Shown in pieces: positions 9,770-19,896 of a stretch of DNA of 64,000 nucleotides. Source of the DNA: a virus; IMG/VR virus record IMGVR_UViG_3300023109_000021, positions 6,803-70,802 of that record. One strand, given 5' to 3'. The notes beneath the pieces are model-generated. The model ran no database searches. It saw only the letters and a program-made list of their open reading frames with translations, and was not told where the DNA came from. A program made the position numbers and the translations under genes. The stretch's first letter is position 1, and each line of letters opens with the position of its first letter.

Positions 9770-10782
9770 TATTTTAAAATTTGTTTATTTATTAGATATT
9801 CTTCTATTACTTTAAGGCCATGAACCTTTGCTAGGTCTGCCCAATCATTTATACCATCTTTTAGATACTTCTTAGGTACATTACAGTACTCAAAACCAAA
9901 CTTGTTAGTTATATTAGTACTGTTCTTTACACCTACTTCATCTGAATCAAAAGATAATATCTGCTTCTCAGAGTTTGCTTTAATATATTCCACATTCTCA
10001 TCAGAGAAACACCCTGCACCCTCATTTTGTACAGCACATACAGTTGGAAATATCTTTTTCATTACCATGTAATCTTTCTTGCTTTTTGTAATAAAAGCTG
10101 TATGGCAATCTTTAATATCATCCAAACCATCCATTGCTGTAATTGGCACATTGTTAGGCATCCATTTCCACCGTCTATCTGACAGAGGTCTATATATTTT
10201 CCAGTGTCCATTGTATAGATAACCAAATCTAAGCTCATCGTTTTTTATAATAATTCGCTTTTTGTTTAAATACACTTCACTTATAGAAAACACATTATTG
10301 TTTTTAAGATCTTCTATATCTTGATAATAATCATTCCAGTAACTCAATTCTCGTGTTGTAAACTTTCTAGTCTTTACTTGTATAAAAGAATAGTCTTTAG
10401 CCACTATAGTTGGTTTACTGTAACTCTTAATTATCTTTTCATATCTTTTTGTTGTAGTACCTGTAGAGAAACCTAAGTCAAAGTCTTTATCAATCTTTAC
10501 TAGGGTTTGATGAAAAGTTGGTACATTGTGAATCTTTTGCACAAATGTAAACGCATCACCCTTGAGACTAGTGTCAGCAAAATCAATAAATAGTAAGGCT
10601 CCACCTTCTCCTTTAGGACCTATAATAAATGATGGGTTTTTCTCATTCCTAAAAGGAGAAAGACTTACCACATTTATTTGCCAGTCCTTATCAGGCATAT
10701 AAAACTTAAAGATATCGTAAGAAGATATTTTAGAAAGAATAAGCTCTTTTGTTAGAATTACTCTTTTTGTTCCTTTAATCAT
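9769..10782 (-). CDS. DNA primase (crAss-like Toprim)
   Basis: N-terminal SPFRNEKNPSF..DFA..GDAF domain; ITKSKKD, FDSDEVG and INDWAD Toprim motifs. Confidence 0.85.
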   Translation of the reverse strand: MIKGTKRVILTKELILSKISSYDIFKFYMPDKDWQINVVSLSPFRNEKNPSFIIGPKGEGGALLFIDFADTSLKGDAFTFVQKIHNVPTFHQTLVKIDKDFDLGFSTGTTTKRYEKIIKSYSKPTIVAKDYSFIQVKTRKFTTRELSYWNDYYQDIEDLKNNNVFSISEVYLNKKRIIIKNDELRFGYLYNGHWKIYRPLSDRRWKWMPNNVPITAMDGLDDIKDCHTAFITKSKKDYMVMKKIFPTVCAVQNEGAGCFSDENVEYIKANSEKQILSFDSDEVGVKNSTNITNKFGFEYCNVPKKYLKDGINDWADLAKVHGLKVIEEYLINKQILK

Positions 10783-10793
10783 TCTTCTTGAAA

Positions 10794-10827
10794 TTAAAAA
10801 GCCCCCAACATTTCTGAAGAGGGCTTT
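10794..10827 (-). terminator. intrinsic terminator
   Basis: Minus strand AAAGCCCTC...GGGGGCTTTTT stem followed by a T tract, downstream of ORF 10848-11729. Confidence 0.7.
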
Positions 10828-10847
10828 GTTTAAATTTATTTATTTCT

Positions 10848-11729
10848 TTAGTAGTCTGACCCATCATCTGATATATAACTATCAGAGGCCACAAGGTTAT
10901 CACCAGGATTATATTCCTCTATTTCTTTAAGAATATAATAGTCTTTACAACCGTACTCACCACTTACACGAACTGCAAAACGTTCATGTGGTTTAAGGTC
11001 ACGAGGTTTTCTAGATCTCAAACTATCTAATGTTCTCTTGTCTGTATAGTCTACTAGTCTAAACTGTTTCATAGTATAACCACCTAGGAATCCTTTGTTG
11101 TAGATACCTTGGTACTCTTTAGTTTCACCATCACGTTCTTTAACAACAACAGTTGCTAATGATACAACAGTGTTACACCATTCACCATCTACCTCACCTT
11201 TAAGATCACCAATGTTACCACGCATAAGTTTCTTCCAGTCTAACTGTAGTACTGTGTCTGCATGACGATAATCTAGTTTAGATAACCATGTTCTCATGAA
11301 ATCATATAATTCTTCCTCACCAATGTACGCTACACGATAGTCACGCTCTTTAGTAAACCAGTCCCATAGATCAGCTTCATCAGCAGCCCAAGCACACATA
11401 CCTACACTGTTGATATATTGTTTCTTAGTTTGATCTCTGTTCTCACGCTCTCTATCTTCTAGAAAGAAGCTAACTTTGAAAAGATTCTCAGTTTTAACTT
11501 GTTTTAACCACACGTCTACACGTAGGTATGTATTACCATCTTTTGTTGTTCCAAGATAGTCTGTTGCTTTACTGTCTGGTTTTAAATCCATTCCTAGCAC
11601 TGTACTATATTCCTCTATTGTAGGATTAATAGTTACAATGTTTGCTTCAAATAAACCAACTTTCTTAGGAAAATTAGTGTTTTCACTATTGCTTGCGGAT
11701 TCTCTTTTTACTCCTCCAATTGTACTCAT
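10848..11729 (-). CDS. putative single-stranded DNA-binding / recombination accessory protein
   Basis: Lies between the Sak4-like ATPase and primase; aromatic-rich with an acidic C-terminal tail (SDDGSDY). Function is inferred from context. Confidence 0.5.
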   Translation of the reverse strand: MSTIGGVKRESASNSENTNFPKKVGLFEANIVTINPTIEEYSTVLGMDLKPDSKATDYLGTTKDGNTYLRVDVWLKQVKTENLFKVSFFLEDRERENRDQTKKQYINSVGMCAWAADEADLWDWFTKERDYRVAYIGEEELYDFMRTWLSKLDYRHADTVLQLDWKKLMRGNIGDLKGEVDGEWCNTVVSLATVVVKERDGETKEYQGIYNKGFLGGYTMKQFRLVDYTDKRTLDSLRSRKPRDLKPHERFAVRVSGEYGCKDYYILKEIEEYNPGDNLVASDSYISDDGSDY

Positions 11730-11752
11730 AAGTTTTAATTTTTATTTATTTA

Positions 11753-12421
11753 TTAATTATAATACTCTACTATACTATCTCTTACCATCTGTAAGTTGTT
11801 TGGTATTCTTGTTGATTCAAACATACCATCTGGACTCTTTGCAGGCTTCTTACGAAATCTATTTGTTAGAAATTCATAAGTAGCTCCACTCTTAGTTTCT
11901 TCTACATGAGTATACAAACATACAGTTAATAATCCTTCTAACAACACTTGATTGTCAATAAGCTTACCAGCTGTTTTAATTTTGTATCCTACTATCTCTC
12001 CACTGTCTTCTATAGTTTCAGGGTGAGAGAAATAAAAGATAACTAGGTCATCACGTAGTGCTCTAGCTGTTCTAAACATGTCAACCATGTCTTTAGCCAT
12101 TACACTAAACTTTGTAAATCCAGTCTCCATAGCTTTCTCTACCATTCTGAAACCCATTAAGTAATTACTGTCTTCTATGACAATAGTTTTGATGTGTGGG
12201 GCTTTCTCCGAGATAGTTCTAAGCAACCTTGTAATGTCAGTTGGATCATCTACTTCTTTGTAATTTTTGTTTTCTGTGTTGTAAAGTTTCTGAGAACCTT
12301 TAAAGGGTAACTCTTTCTTTGCAACGTTAATAATGTAAGTTTCTTCAGGGTTTAAGTGCTTTACTGCTGTTGACTTACCTGTCCCTGTTTCGCCAACAAC
12401 TCCAATTAATTTTGAACTCAT
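11753..12421 (-). CDS. AAA_24 / Sak4-like P-loop ATPase
   Basis: Walker A GETGTGKS, Walker B IVIED, FSHPE and AKSP.GMF. Confidence 0.85.
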   Translation of the reverse strand: MSSKLIGVVGETGTGKSTAVKHLNPEETYIINVAKKELPFKGSQKLYNTENKNYKEVDDPTDITRLLRTISEKAPHIKTIVIEDSNYLMGFRMVEKAMETGFTKFSVMAKDMVDMFRTARALRDDLVIFYFSHPETIEDSGEIVGYKIKTAGKLIDNQVLLEGLLTVCLYTHVEETKSGATYEFLTNRFRKKPAKSPDGMFESTRIPNNLQMVRDSIVEYYN

Positions 12422-12452
12422 TTTATTTATTTATTTATTAATATTAGGTTTA

Positions 12453-12460
12453 CAAATATA
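12453..12460 (-). promoter_or_regulatory. Bacteroidota-type -7 promoter box TATATTTG
   Basis: Exact TAnnTTTG in the intergenic gap about 30 nt upstream of the ATPase ATG. Confidence 0.6.
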
Positions 12461-12466
12461 CGACTT

Positions 12467-13552
12467 TTATACGTATTTAATCTTAGTTTTATCAAAGAAT
12501 TCAAGGGCCTTATCAAGCCATTTGCCTTCTACTTTCTCATCAGATGATATAATATATATCTGTGCTTTTTTATCTGGAGTGTCATATTCCATAGCCATAC
12601 ATCTGTTAATCTTCTGAGCTAGATTCTCACCATTACTATCGAAGTAATTAATGATTACCTTATTTAATGGCTTGTATGTAACTCCTGTATTACCAATCTT
12701 TACAACTGCCATGTGTGTACCCTCTCCTTCTGCAAAATTCTTAAGAGCATCTTTGTCTTTAGATTTGCTATGATAAGAAGGAATACCAAGACTATCTGCA
12801 ATTGATGTAACACCACAGAACACTAGTATTCTTTGTTCCATGTTATCACTCAATATTTGCTTAGTCTTTTGTTGCTTAGCTAAACTATTTTGAATTAGTC
12901 TCATACGTGCTAAGCGCATAAACATACTGTTCCCACCAGAGTACATCATCTTGTTTATAACACCGCTGAGGTATTTAAACTGTTGAAGTTCTGTTTTTTT
13001 AATCTTACCCTTACCATACTCATTACGAGTTATGTTATCTAGAGGCACCTTAATTACATTTATCTGGTAGTCAGCTATAACACCTTCTTCAATAGCTTTT
13101 TCTATAGGATAGTGTGCAATTACTGATATACCAAGTTCATCTCTTAAGGTTCTGGTGGTCCATTTAGATAAAGTGCCTGTAAGGCCAAGTATGTTATCAT
13201 TGACAGAAAATAAATCTACACAGACACCTATCTGGGCCTCTGATAGCAAATGTATCTCATCAATAATAACAATGTCAAACTCTGTACCTGCCTGCTTATG
13301 TAAGGACCTGTGAGTAGTGTAAGTTATGTTATCATTAATGTAGCCCATCTCTTCAAATTCCTCTATCCAAGATTGTTTAATCTTGTTATCAGGATATGCA
13401 ACTAACATAGTACAATTGTCATTCATCTGGTTAAGGATGTTGATGGTCGTTCTAATCTTACCAAACCTAGGGCATAAGTTTAGGATCCCAAACTTACCAT
13501 GGTTAAGCCAAGTGTCTGCAAACTCTGCTTGTCTTTTGTCTCTTAGTGTCAT
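12467..13552 (-). CDS. superfamily 2 helicase
   Basis: LRDKRQ Q-motif, PRFGK, DEIH, GLTGT and QKINR. Confidence 0.85.
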   Translation of the reverse strand: MTLRDKRQAEFADTWLNHGKFGILNLCPRFGKIRTTINILNQMNDNCTMLVAYPDNKIKQSWIEEFEEMGYINDNITYTTHRSLHKQAGTEFDIVIIDEIHLLSEAQIGVCVDLFSVNDNILGLTGTLSKWTTRTLRDELGISVIAHYPIEKAIEEGVIADYQINVIKVPLDNITRNEYGKGKIKKTELQQFKYLSGVINKMMYSGGNSMFMRLARMRLIQNSLAKQQKTKQILSDNMEQRILVFCGVTSIADSLGIPSYHSKSKDKDALKNFAEGEGTHMAVVKIGNTGVTYKPLNKVIINYFDSNGENLAQKINRCMAMEYDTPDKKAQIYIISSDEKVEGKWLDKALEFFDKTKIKYV

Positions 13553-13719
13553 ACCGTTCTTTTATATTTTTTTAGTTCTTCTATACATACATAGTACCTG
13601 TTATAAAGCTCAGTTATTTTTGATCTCTCTTTTAAAGGTAAACTATATTTTATAGCTCTATCTTTAGCCTCTCTAATCTCAGTAAGCCTTGCGTGTAATA
13701 ATTCTATTGGTTCTGTCAT
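13549..13719 (-). CDS. small hypothetical protein (56 aa, not in ORF track)
   Basis: MTEPIELLHARL...KRTV; ATGA overlaps with both flanking helicase genes. Confidence 0.65.
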   Translation of the reverse strand: MTEPIELLHARLTEIREAKDRAIKYSLPLKERSKITELYNRYYVCIEELKKYKRTV

Positions 13720-14780
13720 GATATAAAGAATGATTTATTAACTACTGAAGCATAATCTGCCTCTGTTATATTTCTACGCTTAGGTAATTCTTTGAACATA
13801 CCTATCTGGCCAAGGAATGCAAGACCAATCCTGATATCATCTTCACCATAACTATTTTTTATAAGTCTGAGGCTCCTAAAATACTTGCCACCAAACTCAT
13901 CTCTAAGTTTGTTAGTGTCATACCCTGATGGATCTGCTACATTATAACGCATAGGGTCAAACAAAGCCATAACTACATCAGCATCGTTCTGAGTAGTAGA
14001 ACTATCAGCAAAGTCTTCCAGTTGTGGTTCAACATCACCATTCTTTATCCTGATAGGATTAGATATAGATCGATTGAACTGACTAACTACTACTGGTGAG
14101 TGACCATAGAAGTCACGTGCATAACGTAACTCATCACTCATCTTGTCAATAGCTGCTTTCTTTGTTGGTTGATCTCTGGTAGTCTTTAATAAACCAATAT
14201 GATCTAACACTACAATAGTTATCTCACTAGGATCATTAGGTATATATACCTTGTTGTACTTGTCCTGCTGTATTATCTCACCACGTTCTAGTGCATAAGC
14301 TTTTAGCTCTTTAGCAATACCTACAGGATTCTCAGGACCGTCAATGATTGTAACTACATCCTCAAGCTTTGTCATATAGTCTTCATACATAAGAAACAAA
14401 TCATGCTCATCCTTAGTCATCTTCTCTGTCCAACCAAGCAATTTATTTACAGGTATAATTATACCCTGGTCTAGAAATATCTTACGAGATGTCCATTTTG
14501 CAAGCTTGTAAGTTCTACTACGCTCCATAGATCTATACCATACCTTCACCTTTATACCAGACTTCTGTCCTTCTTCAGACATAGCCCAGTCTACAGGGTT
14601 AAGTACAAACGCATCATCAATGAAGCTAGTCTTACCTGAACCAGTCAACCCACCAATCAAATAGTACATTGACTTTCTAATGCCAACATACCTATTGAGC
14701 CTGTCAAAGCCCATAGGTATACCACCATTTCTTCCATCAAGGCCCTTCTGGACCTCTTCTTTTAGTAACTGAAAACTCAT
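13716..14780 (-). CDS. DnaB-like replicative helicase (SF4)
   Basis: GLTGSGKT, SME, VLDHIGL, SQFNR, P.LEDF.DS..T.NDAD and IKN. Confidence 0.88.
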   Translation of the reverse strand: MSFQLLKEEVQKGLDGRNGGIPMGFDRLNRYVGIRKSMYYLIGGLTGSGKTSFIDDAFVLNPVDWAMSEEGQKSGIKVKVWYRSMERSRTYKLAKWTSRKIFLDQGIIIPVNKLLGWTEKMTKDEHDLFLMYEDYMTKLEDVVTIIDGPENPVGIAKELKAYALERGEIIQQDKYNKVYIPNDPSEITIVVLDHIGLLKTTRDQPTKKAAIDKMSDELRYARDFYGHSPVVVSQFNRSISNPIRIKNGDVEPQLEDFADSSTTQNDADVVMALFDPMRYNVADPSGYDTNKLRDEFGGKYFRSLRLIKNSYGEDDIRIGLAFLGQIGMFKELPKRRNITEADYASVVNKSFFIS

Positions 14781-14896
14781 TAGTATCTTAAATTGTTATC
14801 AAAGTCATCTTTATCTTCTGGCCAGATGTATCCACCTATCCACATAAATATCCTTGCTACTACTATCCATAATATTATACTAAGTATTATTTTCAT
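14780..14896 (-). CDS. small membrane protein (38 aa, not in ORF track)
   Basis: MKIILSIILWIVVARIFMWIGG; stop overlaps the helicase start. Confidence 0.55.
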   Translation of the reverse strand: MKIILSIILWIVVARIFMWIGGYIWPEDKDDFDNNLRY

Positions 14897-15026
14897 CTGT
14901 CCAGTTTTTATTGTTTGCTAATTGTTTTAATTTATTAAAAGCATTATTCATCCTTTCATCATCTGAATAATAATCGCTTCTGATTTTTTTCATCCACTCG
15001 TTAAATTCTGTTGCTGTATTTTCCAT
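14880..15026 (-). CDS. small hypothetical protein (48 aa, not in ORF track)
   Basis: MENTATEFNEWMKKI...; fills the gap in a tightly packed operon. Confidence 0.55.
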   Translation of the reverse strand: MENTATEFNEWMKKIRSDYYSDDERMNNAFNKLKQLANNKNWTDENNT

Positions 15027-15029
15027 AAA

Positions 15030-15653
15030 TTATATGTCTGTTGGTCCTGATGTTGGTTCAGGTGGATTATCTTTCTGTTGATCCATGAGCTCTATAAAAG
15101 CTTCAAAGGTTCTTTGATTCAAGTAAGTTATACTGCCTTGCATGAAACTCATTATGTTTTTTCTCTCTTTGATTGAACGTTGAACTTTTACATCCACTTC
15201 ATACTTGAGAGCTCCTATGAGCTGCTGTGCTGTATAATCTCCTTCTTCAATGATTGATTTAAACTTCCTTCTACATTCCTCCTTACCTCTACGTAAAGCT
15301 CTAGTACCTTTAAACTTATGAGCATCTAGTGACCAGGTATCTGTAGTTGGATAGTTTTTCCACCATTCTTCAAAATCAGTTGTTACAGGTTTTCGTTTAA
15401 TTATTTTTTTATTATCAGTACTTCCAATAAACTTTAATAAGTCTTTACCTGCTGTAGTAAGTTTCTCTTCATCTTTAGTTATGAGACCTTTTCTAAGTAA
15501 AGATTGATAAAGAGCAGCAATCTTCATACTATCCTTATATAAAGGTTGTATGTCATACTGCTCATCTATCATCTTTAGTAAATAAATTATATCAAGGTTA
15601 TAACTTCTCTTGATGATCTCTTGAAACATCTGAGGGCTTATATGCATTTTCAT
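15030..15653 (-). CDS. putative replication initiator / replisome organiser-like protein
   Basis: N-terminal wHTH-like LLRKGLI...LTTAG; C-terminal FEEWWKNYP...TYLNQRTFE; upstream of the DnaB-like gene. Confidence 0.55.
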   Translation of the reverse strand: MKMHISPQMFQEIIKRSYNLDIIYLLKMIDEQYDIQPLYKDSMKIAALYQSLLRKGLITKDEEKLTTAGKDLLKFIGSTDNKKIIKRKPVTTDFEEWWKNYPTTDTWSLDAHKFKGTRALRRGKEECRRKFKSIIEEGDYTAQQLIGALKYEVDVKVQRSIKERKNIMSFMQGSITYLNQRTFEAFIELMDQQKDNPPEPTSGPTDI

Positions 15654-15819
15654 TGGCCTTCGGTTTATTTACTATTATTATTGCAGGTTTTTTGTCTTTC
15701 TGACTTTGCAAGTATTCCCACTCTTGCCATTCTAGTTCTGCTATATATTGGCGTTCTGCAGCATACATTTCATCATTAGCAGCTGCATGTTCCCAGTCTT
15801 CGTTGATTAACTTAGACAT
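15598..15819 (-). CDS. hypothetical protein
   Basis: Likely start MSKLINED at 15819, which avoids a long overlap with the upstream ORF. Confidence 0.55.
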   Translation of the reverse strand: MSKLINEDWEHAAANDEMYAAERQYIAELEWQEWEYLQSQKDKKPAIIIVNKPKANENAYKPSDVSRDHQEKL

Positions 15820-16078
15820 TCTTCTTAGCTTTTGGCTTGTTCTTAGAACCTTTTGGTCTACCTCTGCCTCTTTTAGGTTTCTTACCACCTTCCCAGGCTT
15901 CATTAACTTTAGGTGTGCTCTTATCATCACCTATATACTCACCTTTCTTGTTACGAGCTCTCTTTGGCTCTTCATAAGGATCTGGTTCTGCTTTAAATAA
16001 TTGATAAATTGTGAATAAGATACCCACGATCATAACTGTTGCCCACACATAGGCTGATGTACTTAAATTTAACTCCAT
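15812..16078 (-). CDS. small membrane-anchored protein with basic AT-hook-like tail
   Basis: Transmembrane segment AYVWATVMIVGILFTIY; C-terminal KPKRGRGRPKGSKNK. Confidence 0.7.
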   Translation of the reverse strand: MELNLSTSAYVWATVMIVGILFTIYQLFKAEPDPYEEPKRARNKKGEYIGDDKSTPKVNEAWEGGKKPKRGRGRPKGSKNKPKAKKNV

Positions 16079-16102
16079 TTTTCTGGTTTTTAATTATTAA
16101 TA

Positions 16103-16366
16103 TTAATCTTTGATTCTTAATCCAAACTGATTGTTAAACCAACTTGTATTCTCTTTTGCTTTACTCGTATTAAACTTGAAAACTTTCTTCATAGTTTTAA
16201 CTGCGTATTTATTAAATTCATTAGACTGTTCAGTTGTCATAGTCCAATTAAAATACCACTTGTCATCATCGAGAGTATCAACTAATCGTTTGCCAACCAT
16301 ATCTAATTGATACTCAATAAGATGTCTCATGATATTACTTCTGTTAATTTTTGCTTTTTTCTTCAC
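16103..16366 (-). CDS. hypothetical protein
   Basis: Co-directional ORF just downstream of polB; GTG start. Confidence 0.65.
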   Translation of the reverse strand: MKKKAKINRSNIMRHLIEYQLDMVGKRLVDTLDDDKWYFNWTMTTEQSNEFNKYAVKTMKKVFKFNTSKAKENTSWFNNQFGLRIKD

Positions 16367-16370
16367 AAGC

Positions 16371-18329
16371 TTAAAATAGATTTAGTTGATTAGGAACTAC
16401 AGTGTTCTTCTTACGCTTGCCTTTTGTAAGAATTTTTACAATCATGCTCTCCGCTTGGTCTATGTAGTATTTATAGTTTATATTATCTATTGGAGAATCT
16501 TTCTCCAGATAATTGCAAACATGACACACCCACTCACCAGCTTCCACCTGACTTCTCTTAGCAGCTTTACTATCAGAGTCATGGTTCTTTACCTTGTAAA
16601 CTTTCTCACCAACCTTAGCCACATAATATCTAATCAATTTGTTATACTTCGTTTTAACATTAGTTACTTTATTGATTCCCTCGTAGTGGAAATCTCTAGA
16701 TGCTTTCTTCCTGATACAGAAATCATACAAATTCTTATGATTCATAATGGTATCTTTAACAGGAGTACCGTGCACATAGTACTGCTCAAGAGCAATGGGA
16801 ACTATCCTACCTGACTTGTTCTTATGAAGCTCAAAGTCTGTAAGAAAGTCCCCCTTTTTCTTGACATAACCATCAGGCATGATGGCTAGGTAGTCATTAA
16901 CAGTGGAAAACAAGATCTTTGTATAGTCTGTACGTTCTAGTACATACTGTGTGGTCTTACACCACCAGTCATTGATCTCATGCATCTTGGGAATCAAGTC
17001 TTTTCTCACTTTAACTGTTACACCGTCTGTGTTGGCAGAGATAATCTTGATATCATTGAGCTCATACTTCTCAATAAGCATCATTAAGCTAAACTCACCA
17101 GTTATAGTGGTGAACATAGTTAACTGCCTATCATATATCCATGAGTTCATGTCAGATGATTTACCATACACAGAATTGACTGCAAGCTTAAGCGCTCCTA
17201 CAATTCCCTTAATCCTCCTGTCACCCTTAGCTTGTGGTTTAAGCTCTAGTCGTTTCTCAAACATACGTTTGTATCCATTCAAGAACTCTTTACCCAGGTG
17301 AGCAGGATATTTCTCATTGTTAATTATTATAGCAGGATAGTAGCTAGCTACATCCCAATCTATAATCTCATGATCTTCATCTTCTTCAAACACCTCTGGT
17401 TTGTTTTCTGTATGAAGACCACCTTTCATAAAAGAATACACATTATCATAGAAATGTACATGCTCTTTAAAGTTATCCATAAGGCCTAGCTTACGCTTCT
17501 TGACACTGCTTAACAGGTCCTGTAGCTGCTTGGTCTCAAACTTAACATAATGAGCAATACAGTTCTTCATATTGATACTCTTTCTAAAATATCCCTTACG
17601 TGGAAGCTCACGTATATCTATACCCTTTTCTTGACAGTAATACTTCTTGATGATCTCGTCACCAATCTTACTATCAGAGTAATTAAGACAGCTTATACCA
17701 AACTCTTCTTCTATATCTCTACGAAGCTGCACTTGGTTGTTACCCTTATATAAAGGGTGCTCTGTCTCTCCTATTGTAATCTTGTAGAACTCATAGGTTG
17801 CATCAACATCATTAAAACAATACTGCAATGACAAGAATACTTCATCCTTAGTCATGTTTGTCTTAGTGTGATGTATAGGCATCTCCTCTATGTTCTCAAG
17901 ATCCATTTCAAACTCTAACCTCTTCAGGCTAACACGTCTGTTCTTATTATCATAGTGGTGTATCTTAAATAGGTCCATTTGCTTTAGAGAAAGCTCGTGC
18001 TCTCTATACTCTGCAAACACATCATAGTTAGCATCATGTATAACATCCTGAGCCTTCTGTGCAATCTTAGCACATATCTCTAGTCCTGTACAATCATGCC
18101 ACTGCTCATAGTTTCTAAGTATCCACTCAACAACTTGACTATCAAAGCGTAGATTATTATAACCTACCCAATATAAGTTCTTATTGTCTTCAGTGTACTT
18201 AACAAATGCATCCAGCTGATTCTGCCACTTACTAACTGTAAAGCTCTTAGGTGTGTCCTCAGGCTTCATACATACAACTATAAAGCATTCCTGCATAGTT
18301 TCTATGTCATAAATAATTACATCACTCAT
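16371..18329 (-). CDS. polB: family B DNA polymerase
   Basis: ExoI DIET, ExoII GYNNLRFD, ExoIII YCFND; polymerase motifs DVASYYP, KLAVNSVYG and NTDG. Confidence 0.95.
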   Translation of the reverse strand: MSDVIIYDIETMQECFIVVCMKPEDTPKSFTVSKWQNQLDAFVKYTEDNKNLYWVGYNNLRFDSQVVEWILRNYEQWHDCTGLEICAKIAQKAQDVIHDANYDVFAEYREHELSLKQMDLFKIHHYDNKNRRVSLKRLEFEMDLENIEEMPIHHTKTNMTKDEVFLSLQYCFNDVDATYEFYKITIGETEHPLYKGNNQVQLRRDIEEEFGISCLNYSDSKIGDEIIKKYYCQEKGIDIRELPRKGYFRKSINMKNCIAHYVKFETKQLQDLLSSVKKRKLGLMDNFKEHVHFYDNVYSFMKGGLHTENKPEVFEEDEDHEIIDWDVASYYPAIIINNEKYPAHLGKEFLNGYKRMFEKRLELKPQAKGDRRIKGIVGALKLAVNSVYGKSSDMNSWIYDRQLTMFTTITGEFSLMMLIEKYELNDIKIISANTDGVTVKVRKDLIPKMHEINDWWCKTTQYVLERTDYTKILFSTVNDYLAIMPDGYVKKKGDFLTDFELHKNKSGRIVPIALEQYYVHGTPVKDTIMNHKNLYDFCIRKKASRDFHYEGINKVTNVKTKYNKLIRYYVAKVGEKVYKVKNHDSDSKAAKRSQVEAGEWVCHVCNYLEKDSPIDNINYKYYIDQAESMIVKILTKGKRKKNTVVPNQLNLF

Positions 18330-18519
18330 TTTCTGTCTTTTTTAAATCTTTCCACTCTAAATAAAAACCAATTGCCACAATAACATTCATGCCTACACTA
18401 CTGAGTATTTCGTATAGGTCATGAAAGTTATGTATAGACAAATGCACATGTCCAACTACCCAGAAAGGTATAGACAAGTTACCTGCTACCCATCTAATCA
18501 AAAAGGTTATAAATTTCAT
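18322..18519 (-). CDS. small membrane protein
   Basis: Two hydrophobic segments; overlaps the polB start. Confidence 0.65.
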   Translation of the reverse strand: MKFITFLIRWVAGNLSIPFWVVGHVHLSIHNFHDLYEILSSVGMNVIVAIGFYLEWKDLKKTENE

Positions 18520-18561
18520 AAAGCTATTAGTGAGCCTACAAAAGTAATCAATTTAATGAGA

Positions 18562-19137
18562 TTACCAAATCGAAAACCCACCACAATTTCTAAGAAACTT
18601 AATAAACTCTCTAATTAACCACAATGGTGTACCGTGTGAAGGATGATAGACATTCCCATCAGCACCAACAACACTAGTAAACATAATTGTACCATAAGGA
18701 AAATCATCGTTAAGTTTATCTGTTAATTCATCATCAAGTAAACCGTTAGTTCCTGTTTGACTCCAAGAATTCATGTTACAATAAATTTTATCTTCAGGAT
18801 CTATTAAATTATCTTCTTGATCAACAACTTTTTCTAGTGCATCTGCCATAGCATTACACTCTTGCCAGTTATCTAACCCCAGTCCATCATTACCCATCCA
18901 TGAATTAAAATCAAAGTTGAGATCATGTTGTTCTGCTGCATGTTTACATAACATGACTATTGGTCTCCAAGACCACCAATTACTTCTAAAGTAATAACCA
19001 GGATTTTTATCTTCCCACTTCTCTAGTGCATCCCAGTACTCTTTCTTTTGATCTTCAGTAATGTTATCATCACTGTAATCAAGCTCAGGCTTCTTGCCTA
19101 TTAACTTTGGCGCTTTGCCATAAATATCTACTCCCAT
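18562..19137 (-). CDS. conserved hypothetical phage protein
   Basis: MGVDIY...YFRSNWWSWRP...EFIKFLRNCGGFSIW resembles a recurrent phage family of unknown function. Confidence 0.75.
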   Translation of the reverse strand: MGVDIYGKAPKLIGKKPELDYSDDNITEDQKKEYWDALEKWEDKNPGYYFRSNWWSWRPIVMLCKHAAEQHDLNFDFNSWMGNDGLGLDNWQECNAMADALEKVVDQEDNLIDPEDKIYCNMNSWSQTGTNGLLDDELTDKLNDDFPYGTIMFTSVVGADGNVYHPSHGTPLWLIREFIKFLRNCGGFSIW

Positions 19138-19139
19138 AT

Positions 19140-19247
19140 TTATTCTTCGTTTTCTTCGTTAAACTCTGCATGTTCCTTACAATCAGAGCATCTATCTGTG
19201 TCATACCATCTGTATGCGCCACAGCAATTACTTAGTTCTTCTTCCAT
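19140..19247 (-). CDS. small zinc-binding peptide (35 aa, not in ORF track)
   Basis: SNCCGA...RCSDCKEH. Confidence 0.65.
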   Translation of the reverse strand: MEEELSNCCGAYRWYDTDRCSDCKEHAEFNEENEE

Positions 19248-19248
19248 A

Positions 19249-19713
19249 TTAATTAATGTCTTGCCAATTTAAAACTTGTTCGTTATCATCTAAAAACTTC
19301 ATTATAACCTGACCATCATCTAGTACAGGTAAAGTTATTCCTTCTTCATATTTATCCTCATCAACAAATACTTCAAGTAGTCCATCAAACTCTTGCATGA
19401 TGAAGTTCATCTCTTTGACACCAAAGTCTATGAGGTTATCTGATATATCACCTGGATCAAACAAACCTATCTCTTCAGGCGTTGCTACAACAGCACCCTC
19501 TAAATCTAATAAATATGGATAAACAGGAAATCCGTTCTCCATAAACATTAGTTCTGGTGTGACTTGTTCGTGTATTGATTCTTGAGTAAGCTCAAATATC
19601 TCTATGTGCTCTCTTCCTTCATTACCAGGATACAAATGATTCATGAACAACATACCTGCTCTTAACTCTTCTGGATCATAGTGACGAAAGTGTAATTCTA
19701 CAGCCACAAACAT
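19249..19713 (-). CDS. hypothetical acidic protein
   Basis: 154-aa co-directional ORF. Confidence 0.75.
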   Translation of the reverse strand: MFVAVELHFRHYDPEELRAGMLFMNHLYPGNEGREHIEIFELTQESIHEQVTPELMFMENGFPVYPYLLDLEGAVVATPEEIGLFDPGDISDNLIDFGVKEMNFIMQEFDGLLEVFVDEDKYEEGITLPVLDDGQVIMKFLDDNEQVLNWQDIN

Positions 19714-19886
19714 TAGACAAATCTTATACTATTACCACGTTTGGTAAATTGTGTACCACAATGGTCACAAGATCCTTCATTAGTAATAAAGTTAAACTTA
19801 ACACTTCCTTTGAAGCATTCTGGGCACATAACGTGTGGCTGCTTGTTGCTAGCCATTTCTTCTGGTAATCCTTTTTGTCCTTCCAT
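19713..19886 (-). CDS. zinc-ribbon protein (57 aa, not in ORF track)
   Basis: CPEC...CDHCG; A-rich leader; stop overlaps the next ATG. Confidence 0.7.
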   Translation of the reverse strand: MEGQKGLPEEMASNKQPHVMCPECFKGSVKFNFITNEGSCDHCGTQFTKRGNSIRFV

Positions 19887-19896
19887 TTTTATTTAT

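Noticed and set aside
15820-15930. N-terminal extension of ORF 15598-15930
   Set aside because: It overlaps the AT-hook gene in another frame; the ATG at 15819 gives a normal short overlap.
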